Source: Candidatus Yanofskybacteria bacterium (GTDB taxonomy: Bacteria; Patescibacteriota; Minisyncoccia; 2-02-FULL-40-12; IGHO2-01-FULL-4-A). From it: DNA of 64,000 nucleotides. Each line of letters starts with the position of its first letter. The stretch's first letter is position 1. The notes under the pieces were generated by a model. The model was not told where the DNA came from. It ran no database searches and saw nothing but the letters and a program-made list of their open reading frames with translations. Positions 39,045 to 48,030 of the stretch are shown here, one piece after another. Location of the stretch: NCBI GenBank assembly GCA_016181175.1, contig JACOZV010000004.1:7718-71717 (forward strand), written 5' to 3'. The translations under genes and the position numbers were made by a program.

Positions 39045-39266
39045 TTAAAAACTTATTTCAAAAATTTTGTTTCTTTTTTTTGCGCCACTGATTAGCCTGA
39101 TTTTAGCCGATGACATTTTAAAATACGAAATTAGAGCGGGCACAACCGCTTTGTTGGCTAAACCTCGTTCGGCTTTTTCCTTTACCCTAACTTCCAAGCT
39201 ATCCTCTGACTTTTTTATGATTCCTGTTTTCTTTGAGCCGACGAAAACCTTTACTTTAATCAACAA
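39045..39266 (-). CDS. DUF167 (YggU-like) protein
   Basis: KVKV...LEVRVKEKAERGLANKAV...ISGAKKRNKIFEI matches the DUF167 pattern. Confidence 0.65.
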   Translation of the reverse strand: MLIKVKVFVGSKKTGIIKKSEDSLEVRVKEKAERGLANKAVVPALISYFKMSSAKIRLISGAKKRNKIFEISF

Positions 39267-39270
39267 TTTA

Positions 39271-39405
39271 TTATTTGCCTTTTATCTTTTTCCAAAGCCA
39301 AAAACCAAGAAGCACTAAGTCAATAAGAATAACAGCTGAAAAAAGTGATGCAAACAAACCAAAACCGCCTCCCCAGCCCATCATGTTTCCCCAATAACCC
39401 ATCAT
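39271..39405 (-). CDS. Possible 44-aa Gly/Trp-rich membrane peptide (below the ORF-track cutoff)
   Basis: Hand translation gives MMGYWGNMMGWGGGFGLFASLFSAVILIDLVLLGFWLWKKIKGK. It is tightly spaced between two minus-strand genes. Confidence 0.35.
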   Translation of the reverse strand: MMGYWGNMMGWGGGFGLFASLFSAVILIDLVLLGFWLWKKIKGK

Positions 39406-39435
39406 GTAGATGCACCCCCTTTCGTTTTAGCCATT

Positions 39436-40398
39436 TTAATTCTCAAACAATATCGGTATTTCTATGGCATCATCATATTCAGGAAGACCCGAAGGATTGT
39501 CTTTTCTTAAAATAAGTGCTCCCCTTCTGCTGAAGTCACCGATATATTCCGGCTTTTTAAATTCAATCACTCCTTCAAACGGAACAAAGTCCTCGGTCAT
39601 CCAATCTTTTTTCGCCATTGCATACCCTTCGGAGATAATTCTTCCGTCCCAATCCGTCAGCACAATTGGAAAACTTGCTTCAAAAAACCAAATACCCCTA
39701 GCCTGGCCCTTCACGGTCAAGGGACTTGAAACAGTATCATTAGCTTTGACATTTTCAACCTTGATTAAGTCTTCCTTGGGACAAAGCGCAAACTCGCAAT
39801 TTGGTCCAGTCCTACCAACATACGATCCATCTGAACAAAGTTTAGCATCCTGCGTACAGAAAACAGTGTCGGGTGTTTTATTGGCTTGCCAAATGGAAAA
39901 ATTAAGATAGGCCGCAAAACTCACCCAGAGAATATATGGCACTAGCAAATATGCCGCGGAATGGAAAATTTTGTAAAACACAACGATTGTCCAGACAATC
40001 GCAAACCAGAGCGCTACGATATCAACAAATGCCCAACCGAGATTATTTATGGTGAGCCATGTCGAACCATGCAATCCGAAAAAAATAATTGACCAGATAG
40101 CATTCAAGAATAACTGGATAAAAAACACCGCGATGGCCATTTTCCACATCCACAACATTCTAACATTCTGCAGAATGTTAGAATGTTGTTTCCAAACAAG
40201 GAAAAGCGCGATACCCATTAGTGCGTAAAGTGTTGTCCACGCCGGCCCAAATACCCATGCCGGTGGGTTAAGTGCCGGCTTTGTGAGTGTCTCATACCAG
40301 GTTGGAATTGCCGAGATCGTAAACACGGAACCAAGAATACCAGCAAGTTCGGATACGCCGACTGCAATGAATAACTTAGTAAGATTATTTAAACGCAT
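39436..40398 (-). CDS. TspO/MBR tryptophan-rich sensory protein fused to a C-terminal Gmad2-like Ig domain
   Basis: LNPPAWVFGPAWTTLYALMG... is typical of TspO. The C-terminal SPLTVKGQARGIWFFEASFPIVLTDWDGRII...FVPFEGVIEF is Gmad2-like. Start taken at MRLNNL. Confidence 0.65.
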   Translation of the reverse strand: MRLNNLTKLFIAVGVSELAGILGSVFTISAIPTWYETLTKPALNPPAWVFGPAWTTLYALMGIALFLVWKQHSNILQNVRMLWMWKMAIAVFFIQLFLNAIWSIIFFGLHGSTWLTINNLGWAFVDIVALWFAIVWTIVVFYKIFHSAAYLLVPYILWVSFAAYLNFSIWQANKTPDTVFCTQDAKLCSDGSYVGRTGPNCEFALCPKEDLIKVENVKANDTVSSPLTVKGQARGIWFFEASFPIVLTDWDGRIISEGYAMAKKDWMTEDFVPFEGVIEFKKPEYIGDFSRRGALILRKDNPSGLPEYDDAIEIPILFEN

Positions 40399-40440
40399 AA
40401 TTAAATTATATCTTAAATCATTTATACGAACAAAAAAACA

Positions 40441-40463
40441 AAACGACACGAAAGTGTCGTTTT
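40441..40463 (-). terminator. Strong rho-independent terminator
   Basis: On the minus strand, AAACGACAC-UUUC-GUGUCGUUU is followed by UGUUUUUUU. Confidence 0.6.
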
Positions 40464-40598
40464 GTCCTGTCTGGCTCCGAACTGTTGACTGCGTTCGAAC
40501 ATGGATTAGGGCAAACTATCGGACGTATTATGTGCCTAAATTAGAGAAGCCGAAATAAAAAATGACCGTTCTCGGCCAGCGAGCCCATCGTGGACAAC

Positions 40599-40799
40599 CT
40601 ACTTGTTGATGTCTCTGTGTATCTCTTCTTGAACCTCAGATAGACGGGCTTTGTAAAGCGGAGCAATTTCTCCGAGTTCTTGGCAATATCCTGGCTCCTG
40701 GAGTTCCATGAGCATATTGCTCACAGCTACTCGAATTGCCATCGATTGAGCCTCATTTAACTTGGTACTACCAATCATGATTGTCGCTTCTTTTGACAT
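40599..40799 (-). CDS. Hypothetical 66-aa protein
   Basis: ORF with a GGGAGG Shine-Dalgarno sequence 6 nt upstream and a canonical promoter. No recognised motif. Confidence 0.5.
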   Translation of the reverse strand: MSKEATIMIGSTKLNEAQSMAIRVAVSNMLMELQEPGYCQELGEIAPLYKARLSEVQEEIHRDINK

Positions 40800-40820
40800 G
40801 CGTTACCTCCCATTAAAAAA

Positions 40821-40849
40821 ATATACCACTTTTGTGGTATATTGTCAAA
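40821..40849 (-). promoter_or_regulatory. Consensus-like sigma70 promoter with an embedded 9-bp-arm palindrome
   Basis: Minus strand reads TTGACA, a 17-nt spacer, then TATATT. The spacer and -10 contain ATATACCAC-AAAA-GTGGTATAT (40822-40843). Confidence 0.55.
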
Positions 40850-41039
40850 CAATGCTCGCTTGGGTGGATAGTTTCAGGAACTATAATTGGCGCAAGGCTC
40901 TACCGTGTCCGGATGTAACAATTAAGCATTCAAAATACTTGTTGTCTTTGATTTGACTTGTACTGAGCTTGTCGAAGTAATCCTCTCCCGACATTTCGGG
41001 TAAGGTTCAGAAAAGTGAAAAGTAAACCGTCAACCATAA

Positions 41040-41423
41040 TTAGTTTTGCATTTTTGGTTTTCTGAAAAGCGATTTGTTATAGATGACAGCAGTAATAATT
41101 AATCCAACGCCCGTTCCCCAAATCTGCCATATTCCCCAAGTACTGGCAAATACATAGCGACCGACATAAAGAAGAATTGCCCCAATCACAAGCAGTATAA
41201 ATGGTTTTTGATTTTTATGCGCTCGGTAGTCCAAAATAAAGCCAACTGCACCAAGAGTAATGAAACCAAAAGCAATCCATCGCCAAACTGGTATTAAGGC
41301 ACCTAATCCTAAATAAGTTAAAAGCGAAGCCGAACCAATCCAGCAGAGCGGACAGACACCTATTGCTCCAGCACCTAGAATAGGGGCTAGTCTCGTCACT
41401 ATCTTTTTAAAAAATTCCCTCAC
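41040..41423 (-). CDS. Four-helix membrane protein with a CPLC motif in helix 1
   Basis: GAIGVCPLCWIGSASLL is a membrane-embedded CxxC, consistent with thiol or metal handling. The family is not recognised. Confidence 0.45.
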   Translation of the reverse strand: MREFFKKIVTRLAPILGAGAIGVCPLCWIGSASLLTYLGLGALIPVWRWIAFGFITLGAVGFILDYRAHKNQKPFILLVIGAILLYVGRYVFASTWGIWQIWGTGVGLIITAVIYNKSLFRKPKMQN

Positions 41424-41427
41424 GAAC

Positions 41428-41604
41428 TTATTTTATATCATTATTCTTATTTTCCTCTGCTTGAGCGGTAATCTCTAAATTACAACTATGATGCTCCTTA
41501 CACCATGCTTCGCATTTTTCAGCTTGTTCTTTTTCAACGTAGTGAAAACCGCATTCTTCACATTGATATAATTGCTTGACTTCTTGTATCGAAACTTTAA
41601 CCAT
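41428..41604 (-). CDS. 58-aa zinc-ribbon protein (below the ORF-track cutoff)
   Basis: Hand translation gives MVKVSIQEVKQLYQCEECGFHYVEKEQAEKCEAWCKEHHSCNLEI... It sits 3 nt downstream of the trxB-like gene. Confidence 0.45.
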   Translation of the reverse strand: MVKVSIQEVKQLYQCEECGFHYVEKEQAEKCEAWCKEHHSCNLEITAQAEENKNNDIK

Positions 41605-41606
41605 AT

Positions 41607-42584
41607 TTATAATGCCTCCGCTGCGGGGCTTTGTTTCTGGCGCTGAAGCAGATAGTTGTAGGCTGCCAAAGCTGCCTTAACCGCATCGCCAGCAGAGATG
41701 TTATTTTGCTTATAGGGGTCATTCGTTATATCACCGGCTGCAAATATACCGGGATGGGAAGTAGAAGCATGGCGCGGGTTAATGACTACTTGCCCCCATT
41801 GATCAAGTTCTACCAAACCCTTTACTATTTCCGAGTTTGGTACCGAACCTATTTCTACAAAGACACCATCCAGAGACATTGTCCCCTCTTCTTTTGTTTG
41901 TTTGTCCCTGTATTTTAGACCAGAGACAAATTTATCACCTGTTATTTCAAGAGTCTCGGCGTTTAATATCAAACCCTTGAATTTATTGCTTTTTTTAATC
42001 TCTTCTAGCGTGGTGGCATCGCCCTTGATTTTGTCAGAGTTATTGAAGAGGTAAACCTCGGAGGCATAGGGTATCAAGTCCTGAACCGCTTCCAGTCCGG
42101 CATTGCCACCGCCAACTACCGCTACTTTTTTACCTGGGAAAAGTGGAGCATCGCAGGTTGAGCAATAAGCGACGCCCTTGCTGCTAAACTGTTCTTCTCC
42201 TGGTATTCCTAGCTTTCGACGCCTTGCACCGGCAGCGAGAATCAACGCCTTGCCTTGATATTTATTTGATTGATCGGTCTCAACTTCAAAATCGCAAGTC
42301 CTTCCCGGATCGGTGCATGCTATCGCGCTTACTTTAACTACTTTCTCTGGAGATTTTATTTCAACCATTTCTGGGTATGAGCGTATATGGGTTTCCAGTT
42401 TTTGAGCCAAGTCGAATCCTGAAATATGGGGGTCGCCAATCCAGTTTTGAATATCATCGGAAACGATTGATTGCCCGCCGAATGAATCGGCAATAAAAAG
42501 GGTTTTTAGTTTTTTCCTGGCCGCATAAACCCCGGCCGCTACTCCAGCCGGCCCGCCGCCGATAATAATTAGGTCGTAAGCCAT
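41607..42584 (-). CDS. trxB: Thioredoxin-disulfide reductase-like flavoprotein
   Basis: FAD motif IIIGGGPAGVAAGVYAAR, redox CxxC (CSTC), NAD(P)H motif VVGGGNAGLEA, and a C-terminal GIFAAGD. Confidence 0.7.
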   Translation of the reverse strand: MAYDLIIIGGGPAGVAAGVYAARKKLKTLFIADSFGGQSIVSDDIQNWIGDPHISGFDLAQKLETHIRSYPEMVEIKSPEKVVKVSAIACTDPGRTCDFEVETDQSNKYQGKALILAAGARRRKLGIPGEEQFSSKGVAYCSTCDAPLFPGKKVAVVGGGNAGLEAVQDLIPYASEVYLFNNSDKIKGDATTLEEIKKSNKFKGLILNAETLEITGDKFVSGLKYRDKQTKEEGTMSLDGVFVEIGSVPNSEIVKGLVELDQWGQVVINPRHASTSHPGIFAAGDITNDPYKQNNISAGDAVKAALAAYNYLLQRQKQSPAAEAL

Positions 42585-42638
42585 AGTATGTGTGACAATG
42601 AATCTCCACGCAACAAATTACGCGAAGATTCATCATTT

Positions 42639-42881
42639 TTAGGCAGTCTTAACCTTCTCCCATAGTTCAAGATCTTGGAAAAATCTATCGTCTTCGTATT
42701 TTTTGTTTGCCATGCAAGAAAAACAGCTAGTAAACATCGCGCCTTTTTCAAAATATTGTTTCCTTCCGCAAGGCACGCATATATATTCTCCCGCTTCTTT
42801 TACCAAACTACCGACCGCGAATACCGTCTCGGCAGACTCCTGTTTTTCTCCGGTTTTATTAAAGGTTTTATTAGTAAACAT
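42639..42881 (-). CDS. Small Cys-rich (zinc-ribbon-like) protein
   Basis: CVPCGRK...CFSC are two CxxC pairs. Confidence 0.4.
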   Translation of the reverse strand: MFTNKTFNKTGEKQESAETVFAVGSLVKEAGEYICVPCGRKQYFEKGAMFTSCFSCMANKKYEDDRFFQDLELWEKVKTA

Positions 42882-42909
42882 GGTTTTTTATTATTTTAAG
42901 ACGCTCAAC

Positions 42910-43617
42910 CTACAGACCGCCGTTTGTTAATATTTGATCTATTAAACCGGCGAAAACTTGATATGGCTGGGCGCCAACAAGTTGACGGCCATTGAGAAAA
43001 AAGTTGGGCGTGCCGCGAGCGCCGAATCGAGCCGCATCTTGACTGTCTTTGGCTATTTCTTGCTGATATTTGCCTGATTCATAACAAGAACTGAATTGTT
43101 CCGTGTCAAGCCCCAGATCAGAAGCAAATTTTATAAGATTATTTTTTTTAAAAACTCCAACATTGTAACCGCGGCGTTCGGAATAAAGCCGATCGTGATA
43201 ATCCCAATACTTCTCTTGTTCTCCGGCGCATTCTGCCGCCTCAGCGGCATTTTGGGACTCGCGACCGTTGATAACAAGGTCACGAAACACAATCTTTAGT
43301 TTTCCCGTTTTAACATATTTATCAATTAGAATTGATTCGGTCTCGTTAAAAAACTTGGTGCAAAAAGTACATTGATAATCGGCGAACTCTACCAATGTTA
43401 TAGGGGCATCGGGATTGCCAAGCACGGCGTCATTATCTTCAAGAGATGTTGGGCCCGGAACGATTTGCGCGGCCTGCTGCGGGCGTGGCGCGCTGTTGCC
43501 CAGATGATTTCCCGTGGGTTGATTGGTGGCCTTTCCGCCAACTAAAATCAGTATCACTGACAGACCGATAGCGCCTGCTATCATGCTTATCGAAGTTATT
43601 AAAGATTTATTTTTCAT
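42910..43617 (-). CDS. DsbA-family thiol:disulfide oxidoreductase, membrane-anchored
   Basis: FADYQCTFC active site with an N-terminal TM helix. Confidence 0.75.
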   Translation of the reverse strand: MKNKSLITSISMIAGAIGLSVILILVGGKATNQPTGNHLGNSAPRPQQAAQIVPGPTSLEDNDAVLGNPDAPITLVEFADYQCTFCTKFFNETESILIDKYVKTGKLKIVFRDLVINGRESQNAAEAAECAGEQEKYWDYHDRLYSERRGYNVGVFKKNNLIKFASDLGLDTEQFSSCYESGKYQQEIAKDSQDAARFGARGTPNFFLNGRQLVGAQPYQVFAGLIDQILTNGGL

Positions 43618-43620
43618 AAT

Positions 43621-44388
43621 TTATAAAAATCTATTTATATATTCTTCATAAAACTGGTATTGCAGCAACCAACCGCGGAATTGGTTAAAAACCGGCGTGA
43701 ACTGGTTACTGATAAGGAGAGCGCCGAGCGCGATAAGAAAAATACCAGCGACAACATTGATGACCTTGAGCATTCGGCCCCACTTGGCAAAAACCGTAAA
43801 CGCTTTGCCGATAAGAAGCGCAGTAATCAAAAAAGGTATGGCTAGCCCTAAAGAAAACATCATCAAAAGAAATGTGCCCTGCGCCACCGTACCGGATCCG
43901 GATGCCAGGAAAAGAATAGAACCCAAGAGCGGCCCGACACAGGGCGACCAACCGAGAGCGAAAAGCACGCCGATACCGAATGAGTTTGTCTTATTAGATG
44001 AAGTAAAAAGCTTGGGCAATCGAATCTGTTTCTCTGCGCTCAACCATGGCAGTTTTAATAATCCCGACAAAAATAGTCCGAACAGTATTATCAAGATACC
44101 GCCGATTCTTTGAAGCCATAACCGGATAACAAAAATTTTACCCAGGAATGAGAAAGCCACGCCGAATAATATAAATACCAGTGAAAATCCAAGCACATAG
44201 AAAACAGCGTTGCTGAATATTTTCCAACGTAACCGTTTTAGCTTCTCGGGATCGTTCAGCTCTTCCGGCCCGACGCCGGCAATCACACCCAAAAACGCCG
44301 GCACAAGCGGTAGAGTGCAGGGCGCGAAAAAAGTAAATACGCCGGCAACAAATGAAGAAAGTATTAATGCGATACCAAATTCTATCAT
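43621..44388 (-). CDS. ccdA: Cytochrome c biogenesis protein CcdA / DsbD-type transmembrane electron transporter
   Basis: Six helices with the two conserved membrane Cys contexts (FFAPCTLPLVP and GWSPCVGPLLG). Confidence 0.75.
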   Translation of the reverse strand: MIEFGIALILSSFVAGVFTFFAPCTLPLVPAFLGVIAGVGPEELNDPEKLKRLRWKIFSNAVFYVLGFSLVFILFGVAFSFLGKIFVIRLWLQRIGGILIILFGLFLSGLLKLPWLSAEKQIRLPKLFTSSNKTNSFGIGVLFALGWSPCVGPLLGSILFLASGSGTVAQGTFLLMMFSLGLAIPFLITALLIGKAFTVFAKWGRMLKVINVVAGIFLIALGALLISNQFTPVFNQFRGWLLQYQFYEEYINRFL

Positions 44389-44420
44389 CGTTTATTTGAT
44401 TATTTTATTTATTTTTTGGA

Positions 44421-44894
44421 TTAACTCTGCCTGTGGGGCATCGCAAAGCCTCCGTAACGTCCATAGATAGAGTCGGATTTATCGTTAAGAAAAACAAGGG
44501 CATCGGCTAGACTAAGCTGGTCCGTGAATTTTTGGCCGGTTTTCTGATCTTCGCCTCGGTTAATCGCCAAAGTAACATACTGGCCACCGGATTGTTTTTG
44601 AACACGGGCCATAAGCGGAAGCTCTTCAACGCAAAACGGACACCATGACGCCCAGAAATTTACGAACACCGGTTTCTGTCCGCGAAAATCAGACAACCTT
44701 ACGGTCTTGCCGTTATAATCTGTTAATTCAAAATCGGGCGCGAGATTGCCGATCTTTGTCCCCGTTGTTAGCTCGCCTTGCGGTTCTTCCGTGGTTGAGG
44801 GCGTTGAAACTGATGTTTCTTTTTTGCCATCGCGCAAAACTAATGCCAAAACCGCCGCAATAATTATGACTATAATTGGAATAATTTTTTTCAT
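44421..44894 (-). CDS. TlpA/ResA-family thioredoxin-fold oxidoreductase, membrane-anchored
   Basis: The WASWCPFC motif. Start taken at MKKIIPIIV. Confidence 0.75.
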   Translation of the reverse strand: MKKIIPIIVIIIAAVLALVLRDGKKETSVSTPSTTEEPQGELTTGTKIGNLAPDFELTDYNGKTVRLSDFRGQKPVFVNFWASWCPFCVEELPLMARVQKQSGGQYVTLAINRGEDQKTGQKFTDQLSLADALVFLNDKSDSIYGRYGGFAMPHRQS

Positions 44895-44941
44895 ATTTCG
44901 TGCATTATTTGCAACCGCAAGCGGGGGCACCGTCTTCCTTA

Positions 44942-45178
44942 TTATTTTATCCCAAGTAATTGCGAAAGCCGCGGCTTATCAAAGCCGACAACAATCGTGC
45001 CGTCAATATCAATAACCGGCACTGACATTGCTCCTGATTTTTCCATTGCTTCCTCCGCTGCGGCGTGATCTGACGCCACATCTTTTTCCTCGTAGACGAC
45101 ATTATGCTCTTTGAAAAAAGCTTTGGTCATCTTGCAATATGCGCAGGTGGGTGTTGTATATATTGTTACTTTAACCAT
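44942..45178 (-). CDS. Glutaredoxin/NrdH-like small redoxin
   Basis: 78 aa with a TTPTCAYCK active site. Confidence 0.7.
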   Translation of the reverse strand: MVKVTIYTTPTCAYCKMTKAFFKEHNVVYEEKDVASDHAAAEEAMEKSGAMSVPVIDIDGTIVVGFDKPRLSQLLGIK

Positions 45179-45194
45179 AGTTTTGTTATTTTAA

Positions 45195-45581
45195 TTACTG
45201 AATTAACCTATAGTATCCGCCGCCAGTAAAGAATATCGCCAGGTTAGATGCCAACAATATAAAATCAAACTCCCAACCGGTTTTATCCATCGCGGAAAAC
45301 CTCGTTTTCCATTTTGTCATCTTGAAATATATTGCCCCGACCATGACAATAGACAGCAAGATGGATGCTAACTGTATATAAATTCCTAAGAGCAGACCTA
45401 TACCAGAAAGGGCTTCAATCATACCAAGCATGAATACCTCACCTCCGGACATGCCCATCATCTGACCCATCATGCCGGCTTTCATCAGTTTTGGCAGGCC
45501 ATGGTAAAGAAAGATGATTGCTACCGCCAATCTCAATATCAGTAAACCGAGATTGGCATTCAAAAAAACTGATGGATCCAT
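45195..45581 (-). CDS. DoxX family membrane protein
   Basis: LLILRLAVAIIFLYHGLPKL and four helices. Confidence 0.6.
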   Translation of the reverse strand: MDPSVFLNANLGLLILRLAVAIIFLYHGLPKLMKAGMMGQMMGMSGGEVFMLGMIEALSGIGLLLGIYIQLASILLSIVMVGAIYFKMTKWKTRFSAMDKTGWEFDFILLASNLAIFFTGGGYYRLIQ

Positions 45582-45685
45582 TCTGTTTAGATAAACTAAG
45601 CTGATGTTTCTCTGTTTTGATTTTCAACTCAGAAAAAGCATCATTCTTAATTATTAATGGGTTGAACTCAGCTCGATGGGCCAAA

Positions 45686-46656
45686 TTATTTATATAATTC
45701 CGTCTCCGGATGAACTGCTAACCAACTGAACCAGAATCCTCCAATATATGGAAGCGGTTTTTTGTTTGCGCCGATAAACATTCTCACTTCTCCTTCCGTT
45801 TTTTTCTGGATTAGAATCTGCTTTCCGCTGAACGTATCTTTTGTCTCTCCGGCTTTCAGAGCTTCCGAATGATATGCTTTGTACTTTCCATCAATCTGAA
45901 TTCCCAAAACAAATTCTTTGGGGTGCAGACGGGTATCGCTAAAGGATGCACCGAAGGAAACATCGTTGGAGGTGTAATAATCGCCATAAGGATCGTAGCC
46001 GTAACTTCTGATGGTTCCCGTGTCTTTAGAAAGAACGGTTGTGCCGGGATGCAGTTTTTTCCAGTCGCTGTATCTGACTACATCGGATGGGATAACTTTC
46101 AATTTCGTTCCTGTAAACTCACCGACAATCGCTTCGCCGAGCACCTGTGACCATAGAGATTCCTTTTGGGGGTCACCGGTTCGGTTATACATAACAAGGT
46201 TGGACTTCCAGAGCTTCCCGGAAGTGCCAAATTCCACTGTCGTACCGTCTAATTTTCTTTCAAAAACAATACCAGTCAGACAAAGGGGGCAATACGTGAC
46301 CAATACTGGTTGATTGCCAACGGTGTCATTCACAATCTCATGCCAAACTAGTATTTGATAAGGATAAAATCGGAATCCGCTTCTTTAGTGGATAGAAATT
46401 TCGGGTCATCAATTGAGGGTATGCCGTCTTTAGGCGGACCGCCGGATAGAATTTCATTTAATGGTACGGAATGTTTTACCCCGTCGGTTATTAAAATTTT
46501 TCTGTCTGATATTGGCATGTTGAAATCAGAATTGGCCGGCGCTGTTTCTAAAACTTTGGTCTCTCCTTTGGGCAGTTTAAACTGGCGCGATTGGTTATAA
46601 AAATAAAACCCGCCAACTCCAAGCAATAACACAATAATTATAACCCATTTTATCAT
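45686..46656 (-). pseudogene. DUF3179 protein split into two ORFs (46656-46348 and 46333-45686)
   Basis: The N-terminal fragment has GGPPKDGIPSIDDPKF, and the second fragment has TYCPLCLTG. The second frame is open upstream as ...YPYQILVWHEIVND, but the first frame hits TAG at ...DFILIKY*. The segment normally lying between these motifs appears shortened. Confidence 0.6.
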
Positions 46657-47003
46657 TTAACTGTTTTTATAAGTTTAATTAGCTGGTTAGTTAGTTTGTT
46701 ATCTCTATTAAGGCAATAGCATATCTCCTGACCATAACGGCACCTAGAAACAACACCCAAAAGCTCTAACTTTTTCAACTGGTGAGAGATGGCGGATAAA
46801 GATGAGTTCGTCATTTCAGATATCCTGCCTACGCAAGGCTCTTTCTCTGCTATTAAAACCTTAAAAATACTGATCCTGGTAGGGTCGGACAAGAGGCTAA
46901 AAACTTCCGCTGGTTCTAATTGTTTGTATTGGTCATTCATGGATTCGATTAACTCACCATGGGTTGATTCTATAAGCTTATCACAACTTGAAGAATTGAG
47001 CAA
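46653..47003 (-). CDS. ArsR/SmtB-family HTH transcriptional regulator
   Basis: LSDPTRISIFKVL...CVGRISEMTNSSLSAISHQLKKLELLGVV. The real start may be the Met at 46940. Confidence 0.7.
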   Translation of the reverse strand: MLNSSSCDKLIESTHGELIESMNDQYKQLEPAEVFSLLSDPTRISIFKVLIAEKEPCVGRISEMTNSSLSAISHQLKKLELLGVVSRCRYGQEICYCLNRDNKLTNQLIKLIKTVK

Positions 47004-47276
47004 CTATTCAAGTATACTACCTGAAAAATATGCCGTCAACTGTGGACAACTTGAACATCAAAAAACTGCCCCTGGGCAGCTTAAATTAAAATCATCGTTT
47101 ATCTATCGCCGAGCGTTTCTTTCATTTTGGTGTTACTTCCGTTCCGCCTCTGGTACCGACCCCGGCAAAATGCTTTTTTTCAAAATCATTGAGTTCGTCT
47201 TTATGATTTTTAGCCAACATAGCGTAATTCATCAAATTACGGGCCATCACATCAACCATTGCTTTGGTGGCTTTGC

Positions 47277-47780
47277 TCATTCTCCTTTTTTCAGCATCTT
47301 GGTCCATGCTTCCGCCACACTCTCGGGCGGTATGACAAATCCGAGCCACTGCAAAAAATTGCATAAATTGCCAACAATATGTTGGACCCCGTCTTCGTGA
47401 CCGGTAATAATCAAACCGGCAATTTTATGATAGAAATCAGATTTTCCGGTCATAATATATGACTCGTCAAAATGAGTCATCCTTTCCATAACCCGTTGAA
47501 TCAAACTTGATTGCCCGCCCCACCAAATAGGGGTAGCGAAAATAACAATATCAGCTTTCCGCAAGGCATCGGCAATCTTGGGCCAGTCGTCGTCATCAGA
47601 CATCTTTTCCCCCAGGCCAACCGGGATATTCATATTGGCTAAACGAAATTTCTCCATTTCTGTTCCATATTCATTAAAATGCTTCAAAAGATTATCAACA
47701 AGCTCGTCTGTATTAGATGGCCCATCGCCAACCTTAAGAGTTCCCAATAAAACCACTATTTTTATTTTTTCTTCAAACAT
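47277..47780 (-). CDS. Flavodoxin-like NAD(P)H-dependent FMN reductase family protein
   Basis: KIVVLLGT...DIVIFATPIWWGGQSS...IITGHEDG is a flavodoxin-fold pattern. A C-terminal remainder may lie in another frame (ORF 47122..47364). Confidence 0.6.
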   Translation of the reverse strand: MFEEKIKIVVLLGTLKVGDGPSNTDELVDNLLKHFNEYGTEMEKFRLANMNIPVGLGEKMSDDDDWPKIADALRKADIVIFATPIWWGGQSSLIQRVMERMTHFDESYIMTGKSDFYHKIAGLIITGHEDGVQHIVGNLCNFLQWLGFVIPPESVAEAWTKMLKKGE

Positions 47781-47783
47781 AAT

Positions 47784-48023
47784 TTATTCAATATTTGTCT
47801 TTATTCCACAAATCTTGCAGAACTTATGCCAAAAATTAGGATGATCGACAATCAGCTCTTCCAATATAGCAAACGGAATGACAATAACAATAGCGCCCAA
47901 CATAATACGGGGGGTTATTATTTGATCAGTTAAGAAGTATAAAGACAACAAGTTGTCGGCTAGGTTGGATATTAAACCGAAAATTACAAACTCCAAAATT
48001 CTGAATATGGTTTTAGGTTTCAT
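47784..48023 (-). CDS. Hypothetical small membrane protein
   Basis: Two or three helices. Start MKPKTIF avoids overlap with the upstream gene. Confidence 0.4.
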   Translation of the reverse strand: MKPKTIFRILEFVIFGLISNLADNLLSLYFLTDQIITPRIMLGAIVIVIPFAILEELIVDHPNFWHKFCKICGIKTNIE

Positions 48024-48030
48024 GTATTCA

